A DNA stretch of 64,000 nt, from the NCBI GenBank assembly GCA_902578385.1, contig CACHCR010000001.1, forward strand, positions 146,371-210,370, read 5' to 3'. The notes beneath the pieces are model-generated. The model had not been told where the DNA came from. It saw only the letters and a list, made by a program, of their open reading frames with translations, and ran no database searches. Below, in pieces: positions 49,900 to 60,214 of the stretch. Source of the DNA: an uncultured Fidelibacterota bacterium (GTDB lineage: Bacteria; Fidelibacterota; Marinisomatia; Marinisomatales; Marinisomataceae). The translations under genes and the position numbers were made by a program. The stretch's first letter is position 1; the number at the start of each line of letters is the position of its first letter.

Positions 49900-51747
49900 A
49901 TGGCTAAAAACGTAAGCAATAAAACCATCGACAATGTTACAATTCGATTTGCTGGTGACTCTGGTGATGGTATGCAGTTGAGTGGGGGTAGATTTACTCA
50001 AACTTCTGCTGTGGTTGGAAATGATTTAAGTACGCTTCCTGATTTTCCTGCTGAAATTCGTGCACCTGCTGGTTCTTTAGCGGGTGTTAGCTCTTTTCAA
50101 ATTCATTTTAGCTCTCAAGAAATTCATACACCAGGAGAAAAACCCGACGTACTTGTAGCAATGAATCCTGCAGCATTAAAAGTGCATTTAAAAGATTTAG
50201 TTCCAGGTGGAACACTTATTGTTAACAAAAATGCTTTTACAAAGAAAAATTTAACTTTAGCTGGGTATGAAGATGATCCAACTGAGGACGGATCTTTAGT
50301 TGATTATTACTCAACTCATTTTATTGAGATGGGTAAGCTTGTTACAAATGCTTGTGAAGGAATAGATATTCCATCTAAGATGGTTGATCGTACAAAAAAT
50401 TTATGTGCTCTTGGAGTTCTTTTTTGGATGTATGATAGGCCACTAAAACCAACTATTGATTGGTTAAATCAAAAATTTAAGTCAAAACCTGACATTGTTG
50501 AGGCAAATGTGAGAGCACTAAATGCTGGTTATAATTATGGAGATACTGCTGAAATTTTTACTACTAGGTATATCGTTGAAAAGGCAAAACTTCCCAAGGG
50601 TAAGTATAGAAATATGAATGGAACACTTGCATCGTGTTTAGGTATTTTAACTGCATCAGAAAAAAGTAATTTAGATATAACTTTTGCTGGTTATCCAATT
50701 ACTCCTGCGAGCAATATCCTTCATACATTATCAAATTGGAAAAAATTTGGAATTAAGACTTATCAGGCTGAGGATGAAATTGCTGGAATAGGTGCAGCCC
50801 TTGGTGCTTCATATGGAGGTTCTCTAGGAATAACTGCTTCTTCAGGGCCTGGGATTGCGTTAAAGTCTGAATTTTTAGGGCTTGCAGTAATGACAGAACT
50901 TCCTTTAGTGATTATTAATGTTCAAAGAGGGGGTCCAAGTACAGGTTTACCAACAAAGACAGAACAGTCAGATCTTTTCCAGGCTGTGTATGGAAGAAAT
51001 GGTGAAGCTCCAATACCTGTTATTGCTCCAAAAACTCCAGGAGATTGTTATTACGCAACTTATGAAGCATGTAGATTAGCTGTAAAATATATGACACCAA
51101 TTATGGTTTTATCAGATGGATATTTGGCAAATGGATCTGAGCCTTGGCTTATCCCTGATCCTTCAAAATTAGATGAATTCAGTGTTGAATTTGCAAAAGA
51201 AATAAAAAATGAAAAATTTCTTCCTTATAAAAGAGACAAAAAAACTTTAGCTAGAAATTGGGCTATTCCAGGTACAGTAGGTTTAGAACACAGAATTGGT
51301 GGATTAGAAAAGCAAGATGTTACAGGAAATGTAAACTATGACTCTGATAATCATGAGAAAATGGTTGAGATAAGAGCTCAAAAAGTTGCAAATATTGCCA
51401 ATGAACTTCCAAAAACAAAAATATTCGGCGAAAAAAATGGAGATGTTCTTATTCTTAGTTGGGGTAGTTCGCATGGTGCATGCAGAGCAGCTACAGAATC
51501 TCTATTATCTGAAAAATTAAAAGTTGGACATGTATCAATAAATTGGATTTCTCCCTTGCCTAAAGATTTAGGTAAAATTTTAGAAAATTATAAGAAGGTT
51601 TTAATTCCTGAAGTTAATACTGGTCAATTTAGACAAATTATTCGTGCGGAATTTTTAATTGATGCTATTGGTCTTAACGAAGTTCAAGGTAAGCCACTAG
51701 GTTCATCAAAAATTGAAGAAAAAGTAAAGGATTTGATTAATGGTTGA
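49900..51747 (+). CDS. korA: 2-oxoglutarate/2-oxoacid:ferredoxin oxidoreductase alpha subunit (fused alpha/gamma)
   Basis: IRFAGDSGDGMQLSG..., GYPITPAS and the overall length. ATG at 49900 is preceded by GGAGA; the ORF track starts at an upstream TTG. Confidence 0.85.
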   Translation: MAKNVSNKTIDNVTIRFAGDSGDGMQLSGGRFTQTSAVVGNDLSTLPDFPAEIRAPAGSLAGVSSFQIHFSSQEIHTPGEKPDVLVAMNPAALKVHLKDLVPGGTLIVNKNAFTKKNLTLAGYEDDPTEDGSLVDYYSTHFIEMGKLVTNACEGIDIPSKMVDRTKNLCALGVLFWMYDRPLKPTIDWLNQKFKSKPDIVEANVRALNAGYNYGDTAEIFTTRYIVEKAKLPKGKYRNMNGTLASCLGILTASEKSNLDITFAGYPITPASNILHTLSNWKKFGIKTYQAEDEIAGIGAALGASYGGSLGITASSGPGIALKSEFLGLAVMTELPLVIINVQRGGPSTGLPTKTEQSDLFQAVYGRNGEAPIPVIAPKTPGDCYYATYEACRLAVKYMTPIMVLSDGYLANGSEPWLIPDPSKLDEFSVEFAKEIKNEKFLPYKRDKKTLARNWAIPGTVGLEHRIGGLEKQDVTGNVNYDSDNHEKMVEIRAQKVANIANELPKTKIFGEKNGDVLILSWGSSHGACRAATESLLSEKLKVGHVSINWISPLPKDLGKILENYKKVLIPEVNTGQFRQIIRAEFLIDAIGLNEVQGKPLGSSKIEEKVKDLING

Positions 51748-52753
51748 TAAACCTATATTAAAGAAAGCTGATTTTGAATCAGATCAGGCAGTAAGGTGGT
51801 GTCCTGGCTGCGGTGATTATGCAATTCTTGCGCAGACGCAGAAAATTTTTCCTGAAATAACGACAGAAAAAGAAAAAGTTGTATTTATTTCAGGTATTGG
51901 ATGCTCAAGCAGATTCCCATATTATATGAATACTTATGGTTTTCATACAATTCATGGAAGAGCACCAACTGTTGCAAGTGGACTAAAAATTTCAAACCCG
52001 GATTTATCAGTATGGCTTGTCACAGGAGACGGCGATGGTTTTTCAATTGGAGGAAATCATTTGATTCATCTTCTCAGAAGAAATATTGATTTAAATGTAA
52101 TGCTTTTTAACAACCGTATTTATGGACTTACAAAAGGACAATACTCTCCAACTTCGGAGCAAGGAAAAGTTACTTATTCAACACCAATGGGCTCACTTGA
52201 TTATCCATTTAATCCTACAAAGCTTGCTTTGGGTGCTAAAGGGGCCTTTGTTGCTAAGACAATTGATAGAGATTTAAAACATTTGCAAAGTATGATTAAA
52301 AGATCAAGCGAGCATAAAGGAACTTCTTTTATTGAGATTTATCAAAACTGCAATATTTTTAATGATGGTGCTTTTTCAGAATTAACAGATAAAGAAACAA
52401 AATCAGATAGAGTTTTAAAAGTTGAGCATGGTGAACCAATGATTTTTGGTAAAGAGAGTAACAAAGGAATACATTTAGATGGGACCAAACCTCAAGTTGT
52501 TACTATTGGAGATAAATACTCGATTGATGACATATTAGTTCATGATGAAACGGATGCTTTTATTGCAGATATGCTTTCAAACTTTACTGCAAGTGATACT
52601 TTCCCAGAACCTTTAGGAGTATTATATTGTGTTGAGAGACCTACTTATGATGATATGATGGTAGATCAAATGAATGAAGCTAAGAAAAATACAAAAGGTC
52701 CAAAAAGTGTTAACGATTTACTTAATGCTGGAGATACCTGGGAGGTAAAATAA
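51740..52753 (+). CDS. korB: 2-oxoglutarate/2-oxoacid:ferredoxin oxidoreductase beta subunit (TPP-binding)
   Basis: WCPGCGDYAIL and the TPP motif GDGDGFSIGGNH. It overlaps korA by 8 nt. Confidence 0.85.
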   Translation: MVDKPILKKADFESDQAVRWCPGCGDYAILAQTQKIFPEITTEKEKVVFISGIGCSSRFPYYMNTYGFHTIHGRAPTVASGLKISNPDLSVWLVTGDGDGFSIGGNHLIHLLRRNIDLNVMLFNNRIYGLTKGQYSPTSEQGKVTYSTPMGSLDYPFNPTKLALGAKGAFVAKTIDRDLKHLQSMIKRSSEHKGTSFIEIYQNCNIFNDGAFSELTDKETKSDRVLKVEHGEPMIFGKESNKGIHLDGTKPQVVTIGDKYSIDDILVHDETDAFIADMLSNFTASDTFPEPLGVLYCVERPTYDDMMVDQMNEAKKNTKGPKSVNDLLNAGDTWEVK

Positions 52754-54150
52754 TGTCCTTCAGGATTGAACAAGACAGTATTGGTAAAATAAAAGTTCCT
52801 TCAAAGGCTTATTATGGGGCTCAAACTCAAAGAGCCGTTCAGAATTTTGAAATTGGGTGGCCAATGGAGTTTAGCCTAATTCTTCCATATATAATTATTA
52901 AAAAATGCGCAGCAAAAACAAATTATGCTCAAAAAAATCTTCCAAAAAAATTGTCTGATGCTATTACCAAAGCTTGTGATCATATAATAGATAATCCTGA
53001 TAAATATTTAAATGAGTTTCCTGTACCAGTATTTCAAACTGGTAGTGGAACTCAGACAAATATGAATGTAAACGAAGTTGTTGCTAATAAGGCTAATGAA
53101 ATTCTAGGAGCAAAGCTAGGTTCATATAAATTTGTTCATCCCAATGATCACGTTAATATGTCTCAATCTACTAATGATACATTTCCGACTGCAATACTAG
53201 TTGGATGTTTAATATCTGCAGAGGACAATTTGATGCCCTCACTTGCAATGCTTGAGAAGTCATTGATTTCTAAGTCAAAAGAATTCCACAAAATTATTAA
53301 AGTAGGAAGAACCCATTTACAGGATGCAACTCCAATTAGATTGGGTCAAGAATTTTCTGGATATGCTTCTATGATAAAAAATGATATATCAAGAATAAAG
53401 AGCGCTGTTGAAGAATGTAGTGATTTACCTATTGGTGGTACTGCAGTAGGAACTGGAATTAATACTGTTGCAGGATTTGACGAATTGATGTGCTCATTTA
53501 TTTCAGAGGAAACTGGATTATCTTTTAATGTTTGCAAAAATAAATTTGAATTGCTTTCATCTCAAAATGCAATCTCAAATCTATCTGCTCAAATAAGAAT
53601 TTGTGCTGGCTCTCTAAATAAAATAGCTAACGACATTCGCTGGCTAGCATGTGGACCAATGGCTGGAATAGGTGAACTTATTCTTCCATCAAATGAGCCT
53701 GGTAGTTCAATTATGCCTGGCAAAGTAAATCCAACTCAATGCGAAGCTGTAAATATGGTTTACGCTCAAATATTAGGAAATGATTCTACAATTAATTACG
53801 CAGGATCAAATGGTAATTTTGAATTGAATACTTACAGACCAATTATTGCCTCATCAATACATGAATCGATTACTTTATTATCTGAAGTAGCTGAATCTTT
53901 TACACTAAATGCATTAGACGGATTAAAAGCTAACGAGAAAAAAATAAAAGAAAATTTAGATAAGTCATTAATGTTGGTTACCGCACTTGCTCCAAAAATT
54001 GGTTATGAAAAATCAGCTGAGATCGCAAAAAAAGCATTAAAAGAAAATATATCATTGAAACACAGTGCTAAAGCTTTAGGGTATTTATCGGAACAAGAAT
54101 TTGATAAAATTGTTAAACCAGAATTAATGGTTACACCCAAAAAAGCATGA
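52753..54150 (+). CDS. fumC: Class II fumarate hydratase
   Basis: FQTGSGTQTNMNVNEV, and the signature GSSIMPGKVNPTQCEA. Confidence 0.95.
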   Translation: MSFRIEQDSIGKIKVPSKAYYGAQTQRAVQNFEIGWPMEFSLILPYIIIKKCAAKTNYAQKNLPKKLSDAITKACDHIIDNPDKYLNEFPVPVFQTGSGTQTNMNVNEVVANKANEILGAKLGSYKFVHPNDHVNMSQSTNDTFPTAILVGCLISAEDNLMPSLAMLEKSLISKSKEFHKIIKVGRTHLQDATPIRLGQEFSGYASMIKNDISRIKSAVEECSDLPIGGTAVGTGINTVAGFDELMCSFISEETGLSFNVCKNKFELLSSQNAISNLSAQIRICAGSLNKIANDIRWLACGPMAGIGELILPSNEPGSSIMPGKVNPTQCEAVNMVYAQILGNDSTINYAGSNGNFELNTYRPIIASSIHESITLLSEVAESFTLNALDGLKANEKKIKENLDKSLMLVTALAPKIGYEKSAEIAKKALKENISLKHSAKALGYLSEQEFDKIVKPELMVTPKKA

Positions 54151-56228
54151 TTAAAACATTTTTTTCATCATTAAGAATAATTTTTTATCTATTTATACTG
54201 GTCCTAGTATATGTTTTTTATTTATCTAGAGATTTACCTTCATTAGAGCGCTTGGAAACTTTTGATCCAGCAATGCTTTCTACTTTATACGATAGAAATG
54301 GAGAAGTGATTGGAGAATTTTATATTCAAAAAAGAGTTTTTGTGGATATTGAAGATATGCCTGACCATTTAAAAAATGCTGCCATCGCTTCGGAAGATAA
54401 AAGATTTTATACTCATTGGGGTGTAGATTTACAAAGTTTTATCAGGGCAGTTGTTGTTAATGTTTCATCTATGAGCTTTAGACAGGGTTTCAGTACTCTT
54501 TCACAGCAATTAGCTAGAAATTTATATAAAGAAGTTGGCTTCAAAGATAGTATTACTAGGAAACTCAAAGAGATGATTACAGCTATTCAAATTGAGAGAA
54601 CTTATACTAAAGATGAGATTCTTGAGATGTATTTGAATACAGTTCATTTTGGACATGGAACTTATGGGGCTGAGTCAGCTGCTAAAAGATTCTTTAATAA
54701 AACTGCATCTGAGCTAACAATTGGTGAATCAGCAATGTTAATTGGCTTACTTCCATCACCAGCTAATTATTCTCCATTGAGAAATTTAAATAAAGCCATT
54801 GGGAGAAGATCAATTGTTCTAAAATTAATGTATAACCAAGATTTTATTTCCTATCAAGAATACATGGAGAACAATAGTATAATTCCAGATAATATTTTTT
54901 ATGAAATACCTAAAGGCAAGGCCCCATACTTTGCTGAGCATGTAAGAAGAATTTTAGAACAACAAGATGAGCAACTTGGTATCAATATATATCAAGATGG
55001 ATTAAAAATATATACAACTTTAGACTTTAGACTCCAAAAAATTGCAGAAGAATCTGTTATGCAAACTTTAAAGAAGAATCAAGATGAGTTCAATCGACAA
55101 CTTTTTGCTGATCAAGATAAATTTTCTAGGCTTGGATATCTATCCATTTTCCCAGCAGACTCTGTAAAAATGATGTTGCAAGGTCAAACGGAATTATATG
55201 AAGAATTAAGGAAAGAGTTATTAGTTCAGTGTGCATTTATTGCTCTTGATACTAAAACAGGTGAAATACTTGCAATGATTGGCGGTAGATCTGATTATCT
55301 TGATGAATTTAATCGCTCTACACAAGCTTTGAGGCAACCAGGCTCTGTTTTTAAACCTTATATTTATACAGCTGCTATCGATAATAATTATCCTGTAACG
55401 ACACAACTTTTAAATCAGCCTGTAGCTTTATATAGAAATAATGCTAAAGGTGAAAGAGAAAAGTGGACTCCAAGCAATTATGATAAAAGCACCGGAGGTT
55501 TAACAACTTTAAGGGAGGGATTACAGAGATCTTTAAATTTGATTTCAGTAAGAATGGTTCAAGAGTTAGTTCCTCCAAGGCAAGTCAAAGATATTGCTCA
55601 AAGAATGCAAATTACTTCTCCGATAAGAGCTGTTGATTCAATTGCTCTAGGAACATCGGAAGTAAAACCAATCGAAATTGTTGCTTCATATGCAACTTTT
55701 GCTAATAAAGGTATTTATTCTAAACCAATCGCAATTACAAGAATTGAAGACAAATATGGAAGAATTATTAAAGAGTATTCTATTGATCAAAAAGAAGTAT
55801 TAAGCCCTGAAACTGCTTATATGGTCACCAATCTTCTACAGTCAGTTGTGGATAAGGGTACTGGAGGAAGCCTAAGATGGAGGCATAAGTTCAGACATCC
55901 GGCAGGTGGTAAAACTGGTACTACTCAAAATCTTAGTGATGCATGGTTTGTTGGGTTTACACCAAATATTACAGCCGGTGTTTGGTATGGAGTGGATGAA
56001 TACTCAATTAGTTTGGGTGATGGACAATATGGTGGTGTAGCGGCATTACCTGCGTGGGCATTATTTATGAAAAATGCTCATAAAGAACTGAATATTCCTA
56101 AGGACAAATTTGAAATTCCTGATGGTGTAGTTGAAGTTGAAATTGATTCCGATACAAAACAGCTTCCAACTAGTAGAACAAAAAATTTAGAAACAGAATA
56201 TTTCCTAAGATCTAACGTACCACAATAA
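54147..56228 (+). CDS. Bifunctional class A penicillin-binding protein (PBP1A type)
   Basis: GT51 motifs (ASEDKRFYTHWGVD, RKLKE) and transpeptidase SxxK (QPGSVFKP) and KTG(T). Confidence 0.9.
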   Translation: MIKTFFSSLRIIFYLFILVLVYVFYLSRDLPSLERLETFDPAMLSTLYDRNGEVIGEFYIQKRVFVDIEDMPDHLKNAAIASEDKRFYTHWGVDLQSFIRAVVVNVSSMSFRQGFSTLSQQLARNLYKEVGFKDSITRKLKEMITAIQIERTYTKDEILEMYLNTVHFGHGTYGAESAAKRFFNKTASELTIGESAMLIGLLPSPANYSPLRNLNKAIGRRSIVLKLMYNQDFISYQEYMENNSIIPDNIFYEIPKGKAPYFAEHVRRILEQQDEQLGINIYQDGLKIYTTLDFRLQKIAEESVMQTLKKNQDEFNRQLFADQDKFSRLGYLSIFPADSVKMMLQGQTELYEELRKELLVQCAFIALDTKTGEILAMIGGRSDYLDEFNRSTQALRQPGSVFKPYIYTAAIDNNYPVTTQLLNQPVALYRNNAKGEREKWTPSNYDKSTGGLTTLREGLQRSLNLISVRMVQELVPPRQVKDIAQRMQITSPIRAVDSIALGTSEVKPIEIVASYATFANKGIYSKPIAITRIEDKYGRIIKEYSIDQKEVLSPETAYMVTNLLQSVVDKGTGGSLRWRHKFRHPAGGKTGTTQNLSDAWFVGFTPNITAGVWYGVDEYSISLGDGQYGGVAALPAWALFMKNAHKELNIPKDKFEIPDGVVEVEIDSDTKQLPTSRTKNLETEYFLRSNVPQ

Positions 56229-56229
56229 T

Positions 56230-57579
56230 CTAATTTTTCTTATTTGAAAGTTTTAGAATAATCATCCCACTTACAAAAAGAATAATATTTGGAAGCCAAG
56301 AACCAAGCCCAGGATTTATAAGATTTCTATCAGCTAGCTGTTCTCCCCAAATTAATAAGATATAATATACTAAAAAGAATGCAATACTAAGTCCTGAAGC
56401 GATAGTCATCCCACCATTTCTAACGAGAATTCCAAGGGGAGCTCCTACCATTGTAAATAAAATACAGGCAAGAGCAAGTGTAAATTTTTTATGAATTTCA
56501 ACCTTAAATTTATTGTTAGTTTTTTCATAATTTTCTATCAAAGTAAATTCATTTTTAAACTGCCTAGCATTATTTGTTAAAGATAAAATATAGTCTTTAT
56601 TTTCAAATGCAGATACAGGAACATCTTCATTATAATCCCTATCTTCTTTAATTATATTTGCTTTCTTTTCTTTTAAAAGCTCAATTTCATCTTCTATAAT
56701 TTCTAATGTATTGGCATTGGGGTTCGTTATACCTATCTCTTTTTTAACATTTTCAATTCTATCGTATATTTGATTAATAAGAATTTTATTTTTCTCAATT
56801 TCTTGAATCATTTGTGGGACTCTCATTTCACGATCAGTTCTATTAGACTCACTGGTTCTGTTTAACATTAAGTCATCCATAGAAATTATAATTTGGTGCG
56901 TTTTAAACCTTATTTTTCTATAATAATCATAATCAGATAAATCAATTTCATGAATTTCGCCGTCTTGTAAATCTATAGTAATCATATTGCTATCAGATGA
57001 TAATGAACCCTGGTTAGCATAAATGGTAGTTTGTTCAGATTTTTGATTTTTGCTAAAAATTTTAACATCTTTAAAGTCTTTACCATCCATTTCTTTAACA
57101 ATCATAGTATATTGCGGAATCATATCTACAAAATATCCTGGTTCAATAGACAATTCTGGTTTTTTCTTATAAATATCTCTAGCTAAAAGTCTCGCATTGT
57201 AGTTCATTTCAGGTAATATGAAATTATTAAACAAGCATAACGCAATTGCAACCATAGCCCCAAACCACAAAGCAGGTTTGATGATATTATAAAGATTTAC
57301 TCCAGCTGATTTAAGTGCAGTTATTTCATTTTGCTGGGCCATTCTTCCAAAAGTCATCACACTTGATATTAATAATGACATTGGAACTGATAAGGCTATA
57401 ATCCATGCAAGATTTAGATACAGATATTCAAAAATAGTTAGTGCATCTAAACCTTTTCCGAGGAACCTATCAACTGCCCTAATTAAAAATTGAAGAAAAA
57501 GAACCGTTGTAATAACTGCAACTGACAATAAGAATGGAATTAATGATTGCTTAAAAAGATATTTGTTCAGTGTATTCAT
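56230..57579 (-). CDS. LptF/LptG-family LPS export permease
   Basis: N-terminus LNKYLFKQSLIPFLLS.., YjgP/YjgQ topology with a large periplasmic insert and three C-terminal TM helices. Confidence 0.7.
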   Translation of the reverse strand: MNTLNKYLFKQSLIPFLLSVAVITTVLFLQFLIRAVDRFLGKGLDALTIFEYLYLNLAWIIALSVPMSLLISSVMTFGRMAQQNEITALKSAGVNLYNIIKPALWFGAMVAIALCLFNNFILPEMNYNARLLARDIYKKKPELSIEPGYFVDMIPQYTMIVKEMDGKDFKDVKIFSKNQKSEQTTIYANQGSLSSDSNMITIDLQDGEIHEIDLSDYDYYRKIRFKTHQIIISMDDLMLNRTSESNRTDREMRVPQMIQEIEKNKILINQIYDRIENVKKEIGITNPNANTLEIIEDEIELLKEKKANIIKEDRDYNEDVPVSAFENKDYILSLTNNARQFKNEFTLIENYEKTNNKFKVEIHKKFTLALACILFTMVGAPLGILVRNGGMTIASGLSIAFFLVYYILLIWGEQLADRNLINPGLGSWLPNIILFVSGMIILKLSNKKN

Positions 57580-57659
57580 ATGAATTTTAAAATTTAACTC
57601 TACTTGTGTTAAAACCTAAACTATAATAAGTTCCCATGCTTAAATTTATTAAGCCTTAT

Positions 57660-57733
57660 GGTGACTGTAGCTCAGTTGGTAGAGCCATCGGTTGTGGTCC
57701 GATTGGTCGTCGGTTCGAGTCCGATCAGTCACC
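57660..57733 (+). tRNA. tRNA-His (anticodon GTG) with encoded G-1
   Basis: G GTGACTG TA GCTC AGTTGGTA GAGC C ATCGG TTGTGGT CCGAT TGGTC GTCGG TTCGAGT CCGAT CAGTCAC C. Confidence 0.9.
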
Positions 57734-57743
57734 CGAAAATTTT

Positions 57744-57818
57744 CGGGGTGTAGCGTAGTCCGGTTAGCGCACCTGCTTTGGGAGCAGGGGGTCGCAGGTT
57801 CAAATCCTGCCACCCCGA
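57744..57818 (+). tRNA. tRNA-Pro (anticodon TGG)
   Basis: CGGGGTG TA GCGT AGTCCGGTTA GCGC A CCTGC TTTGGGA GCAGG GGGTC GCAGG TTCAAAT CCTGC CACCCCG A. Confidence 0.9.
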
Positions 57819-57846
57819 CAAAATTTCTTATTTTAATCAAATCACC

Positions 57847-58059
57847 ATGAAACATTTAGAACACTCAAAATGGACAGCAATTAAAAAAGTGCAAAACTGG
57901 CGCCATTATGAAGTATTAAACATCAATAAAAAGAAGAAAATGGTTGAAATGTTTTCCGTGTGTGACAAAAAGATTAGAATTGAGGTATCTTTTAATGATC
58001 TTGTTGATAATTCTAAGTGGATGAGTGGTTGGATTGAAATTGTCGAAGAAAGTGCTTAA
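57847..58059 (+). CDS. Small Trp-rich protein (TIGR02450-like)
   Basis: 70 aa from the ATG at 57847 (the longer ORF overlaps tRNA-Pro). SKWTAIKKV...HYEV...W..GW resembles my recollection of the Trp-rich family. Confidence 0.45.
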   Translation: MKHLEHSKWTAIKKVQNWRHYEVLNINKKKKMVEMFSVCDKKIRIEVSFNDLVDNSKWMSGWIEIVEESA

Positions 58060-58067
58060 TTTTTAGC

Positions 58068-59138
58068 ATGTTATCGTATTTAAAATTTTTTTTAACGCCT
58101 TTATATCTTTTTTTAATGGCAACATCTTTAATGATTGATGGATGGATTGGTTTATTAATAGCTTTTTTAGTAGTAACATCAATTGTTATTGGTGAATTAT
58201 CATTTGGAGATGATATTTCTACTCCAAATTATCGATTCCCATTTTTATTAGATTTCTCACTCTTTATGAACGTGCCATTATTTTTAATTGTGCTTTATTT
58301 ATTTTTAGATAGAGTGTCTTCTGCATTTGAATGGTATTATTTATTATACATACCAATCTTGGGCTTATTGATGGCTCTTAGTTTGATAAACATTGGACAC
58401 GAACTAGTTCATAGGACTAGTAAAAAATTTGACTGTGAAGTTGGTAATTGGGCTTTAGCAACTGCATGGAACCCTGCTTTTGCCATTGAGCATGTTTATG
58501 GACATCACAAAAATATTGGTATTGTTGAAGAAGACCCCGTAACTGCTACCTATGGAGAGAACCCAATAACTTTTGCAGTAAAAGCCTTTTTTAAAGAACA
58601 CGTACATGCATGGGGCATTGAAACCAGACAATTAACTCGTAGAAAACAAAGTACCTTATCTTTCCATAATAGAATTTTAAATGGCTATTTAAGAACTCTC
58701 ATTGTTTTTGGTTTGATTGGATATTTTTTTAACTGGCAAGCAATGGTGATTTATATTTGTTTAGGGATTGTAGCAAATTACATTTTTCAATTAACAAATT
58801 TTATTGAGCATTATGGTCTAGTACGTATCAAAGGAAAACCAGTTCAGTATCACCACTCATGGAATTCTAATAATAGAATGACAAGCTATTTAACTTACAA
58901 TTTAACCAGACACTCCGATCATCATGTACATGCTCAAAAGGAATTTTGGGAATTAAACCCATGTGATAATACAGGGGTTGTTCTGCCATCTGGTTATTTA
59001 ACTTATATTCTTCTTTTTACGTTTTTTCCTCTTTATGCGAAATCTCAAATGGAGCCAAGATTAAAGAATTGGCATCAAAACTATGCTTCTGATGATGAAA
59101 AATCATTGACTGCCCATTACCTTAATTTTTCCAATTAG
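58068..59138 (+). CDS. alkB: Alkane 1-monooxygenase (AlkB-type integral-membrane di-iron hydroxylase)
   Basis: All four AlkB signature blocks are present: HELVHR, EHVYGHH, NFIEHYGL and LTRHSDHHVHA. Multiple TM helices. Confidence 0.8.
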   Translation: MLSYLKFFLTPLYLFLMATSLMIDGWIGLLIAFLVVTSIVIGELSFGDDISTPNYRFPFLLDFSLFMNVPLFLIVLYLFLDRVSSAFEWYYLLYIPILGLLMALSLINIGHELVHRTSKKFDCEVGNWALATAWNPAFAIEHVYGHHKNIGIVEEDPVTATYGENPITFAVKAFFKEHVHAWGIETRQLTRRKQSTLSFHNRILNGYLRTLIVFGLIGYFFNWQAMVIYICLGIVANYIFQLTNFIEHYGLVRIKGKPVQYHHSWNSNNRMTSYLTYNLTRHSDHHVHAQKEFWELNPCDNTGVVLPSGYLTYILLFTFFPLYAKSQMEPRLKNWHQNYASDDEKSLTAHYLNFSN

Positions 59139-59173
59139 GGTATAGAAAATATTTTGCATATATTTTCTGCTTT

Positions 59174-60202
59174 ATGTTATCATCACAATTTTTAATTGAT
59201 CAAAAACAATGTTGCGGAAATGGATGTATGATGTGTCCATATGAACCTCAACACATCCAAGGAAACCAACAATTACAAAAAAGATGGAATCAATCCGAAA
59301 AAAAATCGTATACTACTCATATGAATAAAATAAATATCCCGATGATTGGACTTGGAACATGGCTCATTCCTAATGATGAAGCTGAATCTATTACTAAAGA
59401 TGCCATAAACTTAGGTTATAAGCATATTGATACTGCTCAAGTATATCAAAATGAAGAAGGTATCGGAAACGCACTCAAATCTTTAGGTGTTCCAAGGAAT
59501 GAAATTTATATCACTACAAAAATGTGGCCTGGAATGTTCAATCAAGATGAACCATTTCAAACATTTGATGGTGCAATCAAAGCTTGTGAACAAAGTTTGA
59601 AATTTTTACAGGTTGATGAAATAGATTTATATCTTATTCATAACCCATTTGCAAAAGAAAATAGGTTAGAGCTATGGGAAGCTATGATAGAATTAAAAAA
59701 ACAAGGAAAAGCCAAACATATTGGTGTTTCAAATTATAATGTACATCACATTGAAGAAATTGAAGCAGCAGGAATCGAAATGCCATCAGCTAATCAAATT
59801 GAAATTCATCCATGGCATGTAGTTTCAAAGTTTTTAGCAGAATATATGGACAAGCATGAAATTCTTCCAATTGCCTACTCTACATTAGCTCCAATTCCTA
59901 ATTGGAGAGAAGGTTCAAGATGGAATGGGAAACCAGAGGATATGAAAAGTGGAGCAATGCCTTGCGAAGATATTGCAAATCAATATGGTGTTACAGTTCC
60001 ACAATTATTTTTAAAATGGGCGATTCAACTTGGATATCCTGTTTTACCAAAATCTGTAAAATATGATCGACTTAAAGAAAATTTAAACTTAGATCATTTC
60101 GAAATTTCACTTGATGATATGACTACCATTTCAAATATAGCAATTGATGAACAAAAATGTCTTGCTTGGTCAGGAGACTTTGATCCTCTTGATGTTAAAT
60201 AA
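59174..60202 (+). CDS. Aldo/keto reductase with an N-terminal extension of about 49 aa carrying a CCxxGCxxC motif
   Basis: AKR core from MNKINIPMIGLGTW.. with the catalytic residue context (IDTAQVYQNE, TKMW, LIHNP). The extension contains QCCGNGCMMCPYEP, resembling the Oxidored-like CC.sGC..C motif. An alternative start at M50 (59321) would drop the extension. Confidence 0.75.
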   Translation: MLSSQFLIDQKQCCGNGCMMCPYEPQHIQGNQQLQKRWNQSEKKSYTTHMNKINIPMIGLGTWLIPNDEAESITKDAINLGYKHIDTAQVYQNEEGIGNALKSLGVPRNEIYITTKMWPGMFNQDEPFQTFDGAIKACEQSLKFLQVDEIDLYLIHNPFAKENRLELWEAMIELKKQGKAKHIGVSNYNVHHIEEIEAAGIEMPSANQIEIHPWHVVSKFLAEYMDKHEILPIAYSTLAPIPNWREGSRWNGKPEDMKSGAMPCEDIANQYGVTVPQLFLKWAIQLGYPVLPKSVKYDRLKENLNLDHFEISLDDMTTISNIAIDEQKCLAWSGDFDPLDVK

Positions 60203-60214
60203 ATAAATTATTAT

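Noticed and set aside
57649-57855. 68-aa minus-strand ORF and the first 23 codons of the 57778..58059 ORF
   Set aside because: Both are translations of the tRNA-His and tRNA-Pro genes. I trimmed the Trp-rich protein to the ATG at 57847.
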